From positions 79,980,001 to 80,044,000 of the forward strand of contig NC_043006.1 of NCBI RefSeq assembly GCF_006345805.1: a stretch of DNA of 64,000 nt. Direction: 5' to 3'. A model generated the notes under the pieces. The model had not been told where the DNA came from, did not search any database, and was given only the letters and a program-made list of their open reading frames with translations. Shown here one piece after another: positions 54,057 through 64,000 of the stretch. How positions within the stretch are numbered: position 1 is the stretch's first letter; each line of letters starts with the position of its first letter. A program made the position numbers and the translations under genes. The stretch is from Octopus sinensis (taxonomy: Eukaryota).

Positions 54057-54117
54057 TTATCGAATCGGCCCCGATTTCTGAGTTAATTCATTTAGCATTT
54101 CTCGTCATCAGCGATAA
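54057..54117 (-). ncRNA. Hammerhead motif H3, sense to gene D
   Basis: Same core and stems as 31144-31205. Confidence 0.6.
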
Positions 54118-54301
54118 ATTCGATAAGAAAATTAATGAGATACTTACTTGTACCCACGGAAGAAATAAACACTAAGTCCTAAGTAGACTTAAGTACCCTA
54201 AATATATTCAAAATACAAATTCCACAGTATACCTCGAGACACGTGTGATTCACTTCGGGACTCTCTCACTCTATGAGAATTTTCAGTCCGATCACATATT
54301 T

Positions 54302-54363
<62 letters not shown>

Positions 54364-57300
54364 TAGTATTGTTGTTATACATACATACATACATACATAC
54401 ATACATACAAGCATACGTAATGATAATAATAATAATAAGTGGATGTAAACACATGAACAAAATAAGAATAAACAAAAACAGCAATAAAAGCAAATTACAC
54501 GAACGTATATAAACAGAAGATAGAAATATTACAGGCATCCCTCCACCACACACACACTAACTAAACATAGACGCATATAGAGATATAAGCGTGCGCAAGT
54601 GAAGACATACGTTAGAAATACAAAATGGCAGACGGTTAGTAAGGAGAGACACAAATAAGAAAGAAGAAAACAAAGGACCACTGATGCGGTCACAGGAGTG
54701 TGACGAAAGAACTCTGGCCGAAATTAAATTAAGATTAATGTACAAAATAAATATCACTGAAGCAAAATAACACCAAATATATAGTGCGTGTGTTTTTATT
54801 GGCTAAACTGGCAAAATGACCATTCCGAAATATAACAATATCTGTTTCAACACACGACTTCACATAAAAAATCTTGCACAACCAATATATAAACGTACAA
54901 TAATACGGCTGAACAAAATAAAAACAAAGAGGCGCAACGAAGTAGAAGGATAGATTTTGTCAGTGTCTTACCGCTGTGCAGAGGAAAACAGTGATATCAT
55001 TACACAGAAAGCATTGCTTAATTTTAGCATGGTAAAGAATATTGTTCTTACCAATATCCAAACTTGGCTTCGGTGCTCAAACGTTGCAACAACAATTGCC
55101 GTTACCTCCTATAGCTAGATGTGAATTGAAAGCAGGATGGGCACAATGTCATTGAAATTGATGGGAAAAGAAGACAGAGAGAGTGAATGAGAACGATAGA
55201 GATATCAACTATAAAATGGAATCAAATGACAAGTAGCAAAGTGGTCAATATGTAGCTGCCGTTTTCCGGAAGCAATCTAAGAACCATAATACGGCTGAGT
55301 CAGAGAGAGAAACAAAAGAGAGAATACAGTAACATTTTCACTAAGAGAGAGTTCACAAGGAGGACATATACAGTGTATAGTAAATATTTCGAAATACAGC
55401 GATATCTTTATGGAGAATACATTGGTTAATTTGCATGGAAGCTTATGCTGCTGTTCCTGATATCCAGAGTTGGTCTAAGAACTGAGATTGTGGAAGCATT
55501 TGCACCTGCAGCTGTTAATTGATGTTTAATGAAACCAGAATGGGTAAAATGTCATTAAGAGAGAGAAGGATAAAGATGTTACCGATAGATTAAGACGGAT
55601 TTTCATTAAAACTAGGATGGGACAAATGTCGTTAAAAGAGAGAGGGGTAGACAGGAGTGACGAGGAAGAAATTGACTATATTTAGGAAACCGTTGCGAAA
55701 AACATTGATATCCTTTCGGAAAATACAATGGTTTATTAGAATTGAAAATTATACTGCACTTATCAATAGATTTTAAGTTAAAATGAGAGGTAAAAACAAT
55801 TATTAAAACAGAGAGGGAAAGACACAGACAGACTGAGAGGGTGCGTGATAATGGCAGAGATATCACCAAGAGAGGGCCAACGAACGAGAAGTTTTAAAGT
55901 CATTAGAAGAATTGATTAGTTAATTAACCTGGAAGTCAAAATTGCTGTTACAGCTATCGCTGAGCCGTAATGAGAATTTACGTTACAAGAACTTCCACCT
56001 ACAGCTTCAGCTAGATTTTTAGTGAAGCCATGCAGTATGTTATTAAGAAAGAAAGAAAAAAGAGAGAGAAAGACAGGAGAAAAGACAGAGACAGAAGGAC
56101 AAAGATATCAAAGAGGGAGACAATGAAGGTTAGTATGTTTTAGTATGTTTAGTATGTTTTAGTACAATAATACGGCTGAAGGAAAATAAAAGGAGAGAGG
56201 CGCAACCAAGTAGAAGGATAAATTTTGTCAGTGTCTTACCGCTGTGCATAGGAAAACAGTGATATCATTACAAATAATTCATTGCTTAGTTTTTGCATGA
56301 TAAAGAATATTACTCTTATCAATATACAAATTTCGCTTCGGTTCTCAGACGTCGCAACAACAGTCGCCGTTACCTCCTAAAGTTAGATGTGAATTGAAAG
56401 CAGGATGGGCACAATGTCATTGAAAGTGATAGGAAAAGAAGAGAGAGAGAGTGAATGAGAACGACAGAGATATCGGCTAGAAAGTGGAATCAAATGACAA
56501 GTAGCAAAGTGGCCAATGTGTCGCTGCAGTTTTCCGGAAGCAATCAGAGAACAATAATACGGCGGAGTCAGAGAAAGAAACAGAAGAGAGAATACAGTAA
56601 CATTATCACTAAGAGAGAGTTCACAAGGAGGATATAATAAGACGGAGTTTCATTAAAACTAGGATGGGACAAATGTCGTTAAAAGAGAGAGGGGTTGACG
56701 GGCATATCTCCAAGAGAGTGTCAACGAAGGAGAGGTACGAAGATTTGCTAGTATGTGGCAGATCTGTTGTGTAGTAAACAAAGAACAATGAGAGAAGGAG
56801 AAAAAATGAAGAGAAAACAGTGTGATCCATATCGAGGATAAATTTGTTAATTTACATGCAATCGTCAATAAACAAACAATGATTGAGAATTGTGATGTAG
56901 CAAAGATTTCCGCCTACGGCAAAATCTATATTTCTACTGAGACCAGGATAGGCCGTATGGCATTAGCAAGTAGGTGGATGGAGAGGAAGAGAAATGACAG
57001 ATATATCCCCAACAGAGTAGCAACGAAAGAGGGGACGGAACGTCTTCAGTATGTGGCAGCAGTATTGAAGAAGAAAATAAAGAATAATAAGGAAAAGAAA
57101 AGAAAAAGGGAGAAAACAGTAACATTAACACTAAGGAAGAGACGACAAGGGACAAATTTACAATACCTAGAAAATATTTCAGGAAAAATTGCTGTTTTTA
57201 CGGAGAACATATGTATTAATTTGCATGCAAGACAATATTTTTCTTACCGATGCCCAAAGTCGGCAGGAGAGTTCCGTCTACAGATGTAGTTAGATTGTTA

Positions 57301-57816
57301 ATGAAAAGAGGAGGGGCAGAATATCATGAAAGGAGTAAGGCAAAGAGAATAAGAGAATGTGTGAACAACGAAGATATTACAAATAGACGAGCAACTTCTA
57401 TTGGGATGTCGCAGTTGGGTTGAGGAAAAAAAGACAAAGATAGACAGAGAAAGAAAAGGAGAGAAAACAGTAATATTATCAGTGAGACAGGAGTGACGAG
57501 GAAGAAATTGACTATATTTAGGAAACCATTCCGAAAAGCATTGATATCCTTTCGGAAAATACAATAGTTTATTAGAATTGAAAATTATACTGCACTTATT
57601 AATAGATTTTAAGTTAAAATGGGAGGTAAAAAGATTATTAAAACAGAGAGGGAAAGACACAGACAGACTGAGAGGGTGAGTGATAATGGCAGAGATATCA
57701 CCAAGAGAGGGCCAACGAACTAGAAGTTTGAAAGTCATCAGAAGAATTGATTAGTTAATTAACTTGTATAACTTGCATTTAACATATGATCATGCAATCT
57801 AGATCCATACATATAT

Positions 57817-57916
<100 letters not shown>

Positions 57917-58509
57917 CTGTAAATGTATGCATATATATATATATGTATATGTATGCATGTATATGTGTGTATATGAATATATGTGAATGTGTATGTATGC
58001 ATGTATATATATATATATATATGTGTGTGTGTGCATGTGTGTGCGTGTTGTATTTGTATATATATATATATGTCTACATCTTCATCTATGCGCATTTGCA
58101 TTTTTTGTAGGTGTATGTATATATTAGAGTGAACTTGTGTATATATGTACGCGGGCGTATGTTTATATATGTATACCCATACATGTATGTATATGTGTGT
58201 GTATGTGTATATCTATACATATCCATCTATGTAATTACGTATGTGTATACGTCATTGTATTAACACGTGTGTCTCAAACTTTGCACAGACGTTTGTATCT
58301 TGTTTTACGTTCGAATATATGCACATATTTATCTATGCTATGTATGTATATTTATGTATATATACACACGTGTGTACCTACATATATGAGATCCTATACA
58401 TATATATATGTATGTATTCGTCCATGCGTATGCGTATGTGCGTGTATCAAGTGGTATGTATATACCTATATACTTAGCTGTGCGTGTATGAGCGCGTATG
58501 TATATGTGC

Positions 58510-58553
<44 letters not shown>

Positions 58554-58865
58554 ATGTATGTATGTATGTATGTATGTTTGTATGCATCTGTGTAAGTATA
58601 TGTGCGTCTAAGCACGAACACACACAAAAAATTTTCGTCTAAGTATTATCTTCCTTTCAACTTTTGCATCCTTTTCTCTCTCTCTTAACACTTACTATAT
58701 TGAAGACTCATTACGTCATTTTCTCTAAACTAGAATGTTCCATGTTCATATTTGAATTTTTTGGTGTTTTAATTTTCCTTGTTTTTTACTAATTCGCGAA
58801 GTTGATGGACATATAGCGGTACGTAAAATCGAATCAGAAAATCTCTAGGGAGACGTCTTAATGAT

Positions 58866-58907
58866 GTACCTGAAGAGACCCATAACGGGTCGAAACAAGT
58901 GTCGCAC
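58866..58907 (+). ncRNA. Hammerhead motif H1 with a stem I mismatch
   Basis: gtac CTGAAGA gaccc-ataac-gggtc GAAAC aagt GTC gcac. Confidence 0.65.
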
Positions 58908-59233
58908 CCAATAAAATATTTTACTCAATCCATGTATTTTATAAATACTGTTACCCTAACCGCCACTACGAAGTTCCTGCAATAAATCTACGGATAACAA
59001 CATATAAACAAAACTCTACCGGTGCTTTACTCATCTTTTTATACATTTTGTATAATTTCTCCATTATATGTAAATATTTGTATATATATATATATATGTA
59101 TATATGTATATATATATGCGTCCAATAGCACCATACATGTTCCACATCCTCGCGTTGTGCTTTCTATTTGTTCATGTTTGGATAAACTTCATATATATAT
59201 ATATATGTGCGTGCGTGTGTGTGTTTGTGTGTC

Positions 59234-59269
<36 letters not shown>

Positions 59270-59273
<4 letters not shown>

Positions 59274-59790
59274 TCAACGAAATGTCCAATAGATGAGACT
59301 GCGACCTCATGCTTTTTAGCTAATGAGAAGAACACTTTCGAGTTGGCACCAGTTTTTAGGGTATGAGTAGACCAGTTAATACAGGGGAAATTGAGATTGC
59401 CCATCATTAAAATATTATCAGGTTGACATTGTTGAATGAAAGACTTGGTGTTCGTGAGGCAGTCCTTGAAGCACAATAGCGGTGCATGAGCTGACCTGTA
59501 GAGCCCAATTATTTCTAAATCATTGTGATACTGATTCACAATAGCCCTTGGAAAATGTGACATTTCTTTCTGCAGTAAATGAGTCTTGTAGGAAAATGAC
59601 ACCTCCTACAATTTTTCTACCTATGCGGTCTGCTCTGATTGTGGTGAAATTCCTTACTTTTACTTCAGCTTCCGAGTGGGAGTTGTTAAGGTAGGTTTCA
59701 GTAAGGAAGAAGAAGGGAATGTGCTGAGTGTGGTCGGTAACCCAATCCTCAATGGATTGCATGGAAGGGTGTGCATATGCCTTGAACATT
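59270..59790 (-). mobile_element. CR1/L2 endonuclease fragment, paralogue 3, internally deleted
   Basis: Same motifs; about 650 bp deleted at GGCA|CCAG near 59348. Confidence 0.8.
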
Positions 59791-60362
59791 GGGTAAGAGT
59801 GTTAAGACTGGAGTAGTGGCCTGGTCAGACCTTTTTAGAGGTCTCGGTAGAAATTTATGGGTTAATGACAGTGACGAGGATAGCTTTTCCACTGAGGTAG
59901 CAGCAGAGGTTGATTCCGTGTGATAGCCATGATATTCTTCTGGATCTCTTTGGGTCTTTTCTGGATCTCTTTGGATAACCTCGTTAAGGAGAACTCCGTG
60001 GCTGGAGTTGTGTCTACATTCACAGTTATGTTGATTGATTCGGCCCAGATGGAGGATATGTAAACGGAACACTTTTCCCCTTAAATTTCTTTTTTTACGG
60101 AATCCCACGTTTTAGGCTATGGAGATTTGGATTCAAAAGAACATTTTTCAAAAATCCGACACTACAAAATTTCAATTTCCACCCCTTCTCCATTTCTTCA
60201 TTTTGCACCTTTTCCGGTAATATTTTGGCCAAATACGAACAAAAATACGAATATTATGTATCTGAAAAATAAAACTGTTTGTAAATTTTCAATTTAAAAA
60301 AAAAAAAATTATCCTCCCTCTCAAGCAGGCTATTTACCTCGTAGAAATAACAGCCGAATCCC

Positions 60363-60827
60363 AGCATTTATAGAGAGAAGGTCTTACAGCTGTTTCTAGG
60401 ATATTAATTAATAATATCACCTCATCGGAGACGGTGTGAGAGGAAACTTAAGTCATAGTTAGTTTAAAGAGTGAGGTGGAGGAAAGAAAATATATGTAAG
60501 ATATGTATGGGTATTGATGTTGTAAATCCGTTTTATAGGCATAATGGTATATATGCAATATTCTAAAATCCTTTGAATAAAATCCAAAAGTCCAACAGGG
60601 TTTAAAATGAGTCCTTCGAAATATAGAGTTTATAAGCAATGTAAGATACCATTATGATTGAGATCAATCAGATTTTTAAACTTGGTCATTCCCAGTAAGA
60701 AATTTATATACAGTGTTGCAGAGTCAAAGATTTGTGACTTAACTTTGCTCTCACACCGTCTTCGATGAAGGGATATTATTAATTAATATCCCAGAAACAG
60801 CTGTAAGACCTTCTAGCTATAAAGGCT
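60363..60827. repeat. Inverted-repeat element with two H2 hammerhead-like motifs (60381-60432 -, 60758-60809 +)
   Basis: Paralogue of 17209-17685. Confidence 0.85.
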
Positions 60828-61031
60828 CTAATATCTCTACAGCCTTGGTTTTTTATCTTATTACGCAAAAATTTCTTATATACACACGCTGACATAGAAC
60901 CAACGTTGAACCCTTTATTCGCAATATCACCGAATCTGGAACTTCACTATGGTCTGTCTATAGCACTTATTCAGCATTACCTGATACCTTTGGGTCTCAA
61001 TGATACCATTATCTCTTATATATATACGTGT

Positions 61032-61072
<41 letters not shown>

Positions 61073-62479
61073 TGTGTGTTTGTGTGTCCGTGTTTGTCTC
61101 CCCATCATCGCTAGACAACAGACGTTGGTGGGTTTATATCCCCGTAACTTAACGGTTCGGCAAGAGAGACCAATAGAATAAATACTAGGCTTACAAAGAC
61201 TAAGTCTTGAGGACGATTTGTTCGACTAAAGGCGTTTTCCACCATGACCGCAGTCAAATGACTGAAATAAATCAAAGAAAATAGAATAAACAAACAAACA
61301 AATATATATATATATATATAAGTTCATCAAAATTTAGATTCAGATGAACATGGTACTTAAGTCAAAGGCACCAGAATTTTGTATGGTATTATACACATAT
61401 ATCAAATGGGGTGATTATAATCAAAATAAGCAACAAGTATATCCGAGGTAGAGTAGTACAAATGTTTCATGCTACTTCATTTTATTAAACACTGTAAGTA
61501 TTACATCAGTTTAAAAATGTCGAGCAATCTTCAGCCACTTAGAGAATTTTCCAGTAAAACGGACCATGCACATTCTTAGACCTATTTCATTTGCCAACAT
61601 TATAAAGAGGGTAGATATATAGACAGAGAGGTTGATTTCATTCTTGAGAATATGATAGCAGTAGATTCACTCTCTGACTGTAGATTTTATCATTGTGTTC
61701 ACTTTGTTATTTAGATCTGTCAGTGGGGAGGGGGATTTTATTTTTGGTTTGATGGAGGCAAAGAATTTTCTCTATTTATAGATATAGGAAGGGCTAGTAT
61801 AAATGTCAAAACCATAAACCTATTCCCATTTTGAGGAATTCAGTTTAGATACATTTGAATGTATTATAGCAAGAAGCTGGTAGGGTGAAGTTAGAGGGGT
61901 AGGGGAACATAGGCTACTAGTTCTCTAGAGGTTTTAATGTCCCTTGCCATTTAACATCCAGATTCCATATTAAGTAATTTAAGTAAATATTCTTTAGATA
62001 ATTTTCTAAAGAATTTCAATAAATTTAGTATCTTATATAGGGATAGAAAATATAGAAATCATTTCATATTTATATAAATATATCTCTATATATCCATTTC
62101 TATTAATATATAATCATAATTAGCTAGTAAATGGTGATTTTTTATTGAGTTGAATTAAAAGAAAATTTTATACATAATATTTACTAACTGTGGAAAGAAA
62201 AACTTTATTAATTTAGCACATATATCAGGAGTCAATAAAATATATCAAAAACGTAATGAAAGGTAGGTAATCGTGATGAACGAAGTAATTTCTCTAGATA
62301 TGTAGAATTTTTTACAGTGATTTCATATTTATATATCTTCATTTCTATTGATATATAATCATAATTAGCTAGTAAATGGTGATTTGTTTTATTAATGAGT
62401 CGAAATGAAAGAATATGTTATACATAATATTTACTTACTGTGGAGAAAAACTTTATTAATTTGATAAATATATCAGGAG

Positions 62480-63350
62480 TCAATAAGATATATTAAAAAG
62501 AAATGGAAGGGTGATAATCAAGATGAACCAAGTAATTTCCCTAGATATATAGAGTATGTTTCCATCCTATATAGGAGAGTATCGAAAGAATTCTAATTTC
62601 ATTATATTCAGATTTATATATATAATGAAATTTCTTAGTATTCTATGCAGGTTAAATATAAGCTATAATGGTATATTCATTTTTTATCATCTAACATTAT
62701 CATCTAACAATGAAATTTTTAATTCTCACTCAAATCATTATAATGTTGCTTTATCTGGAGCTGGATACGACCAGGATATCACCTTCTTAGATCTTGATAA
62801 TAAAGTTCTTTCAAATGAATAAACGAATGAAAATAGCGCAAATAATATAGAATCTTCTATATAAAAAAAATATAAATCAATTGAAACGAGTAACCTAGTA
62901 TATAAACCTGATACAAGAATTAGAAATGGTAAACAGATCATAAATAAGTATAAAAAGTTTAAGCTATATAAAATAAATATAAATAATAATAAAAAAAATC
63001 TCTCCCACAGAGAAAAAAACAAATAGACATAAATATAAGACTAAAGTGAATAACGAATCTCTGAAGGATATAGATAACATTAATCTTCCCAACCTTACTC
63101 AAATAAAAAAATTCAATAGAAAAAATGTTGTATGGTTGAATATCCCCTTCAACTGTTCGATTTCTACGAACATATACGGCAAATTTAATTCTATACTAGA
63201 AAAAATCTTCCCTGCTTCCCATAAATATTATAGAATAATTTCTAATAGATCAGTAAGAATATCATACTCTACTCTTCCAAATATGGGTACCATAAGAGCT
63301 AGACTAAATAGAAAAAATATCAAGTTAGCTAGAAATGAAATAAATAGTAA
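62480..63350 (+). mobile_element. Decayed Penelope-like element fragment, paralogue 3
   Basis: LSSNNEIF..HYNVALSGAGY and RKNVVWLNIPF..TNIYGKF..FPASHKYYRII.NRSVRISYS.LPNM resemble the PLE post-RT motifs YN.AL..SGY and WFNPP..TNIG..HFP..KISYS; preceded by a tandem pair of about 243 bp. Confidence 0.65.
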
Positions 63351-63359
63351 CAACAAGAA

Positions 63360-63384
63360 CAATAATAATAATAATAATAATAAT

Positions 63385-63420
<36 letters not shown>
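63360..63420 (+). repeat. (AAT)n tract, paralogue 3
   Basis: Direct inspection. Confidence 0.95.
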
Positions 63421-63422
<2 letters not shown>

Positions 63423-64000
63423 TAAACGCAATAACAACACCAATTATAAACAACATAAACCTAGCCGTCACTGAACTAGCCACTGAAACAAAAAAAAGTT
63501 ATATCACTGAACTAAATGACTTGATATACGCAGCAGCCACTGCAGCCACAAAAGAAGCTGGATTCTCACCCAAACCCGCCCAAACAGGTGTACCACCACC
63601 CAAACAAACCCTGTGGATAAATAACATCCAAAACAAAATAAAAAAAATTAGATAAGACCTGTCGATTCATAATGAAATCAGCAAACAAGCAACGCTACTG
63701 AGCAACAAAAAGAGAACAAAAATGCTCCGCAAACATAACATCACAGAAAAAGATTTGCCGGAGATAAAAGAAAAGCTGAAGCAAGATATCCTTGCCAAAG
63801 CTCAAAGGATCCGCCGGTACGAGAAACGCCAACGCTTCTTTGAACAGAACAAAAAGTTCAACTCCGACCCCAAAAAGTTCTACCAAGAACTGGGCAAAAA
63901 TAAAATAGAAGTCACTGCAGCACCAACGGCAGAAGAATTGGAAGAATTCTGGAGAGAAATATGGTCGGCGAACGAACAGCCAAAAAAAAGGAGTATGAAA
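63421..64000 (+). mobile_element. R4/Dong-clade retrotransposon Z, 5' truncated, running off the window
   Basis: ITELNDLIYAAA...LKQDILAKAQRIRRYEKRQRFFEQNKKF..DPKKFYQELG...EEFWREIW aligns to the pre-RT region of X; one in-frame TAA; DNA clearly unlike X. Confidence 0.85.

Overview
AT-rich, microsatellite-dense eukaryotic DNA, most likely an octopus (inferred from the SINE families and repeat landscape). The core is a cluster of four intronless receptor paralogues: signal peptide, somatomedin-B-like module, duplicated Cys-rich module and a class-B/Methuselah-like 7TM. A (147-2153, +) and D (49570-51630, -) are intact. B (27499-29456, +) is a pseudogene. C (29373-30611, -) is an open ectodomain-only ORF, created by a 5-bp microhomology deletion that fused it tail-to-tail with B. 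The 7TM and 3' flank are about 93% identical between copies, while the ectodomains come in two types and carry sharply bounded, nonsynonymous-rich hypervariable patches at equivalent positions. The copies lie in nested inverted and direct segmental duplications of 6-12 kb. Each duplicated arm ends in a paralogous (AAT)n tract independently hit by an R4/Dong-clade RLE retrotransposon. The window also holds CR1/L2, Penelope-like and Helitron fragments, tRNA-derived SINEs (one with a perfect 109-bp fold-back) and about 13 hammerhead or hammerhead-like motifs in five sequence families. All alignments and counts were done by eye and need computational confirmation.
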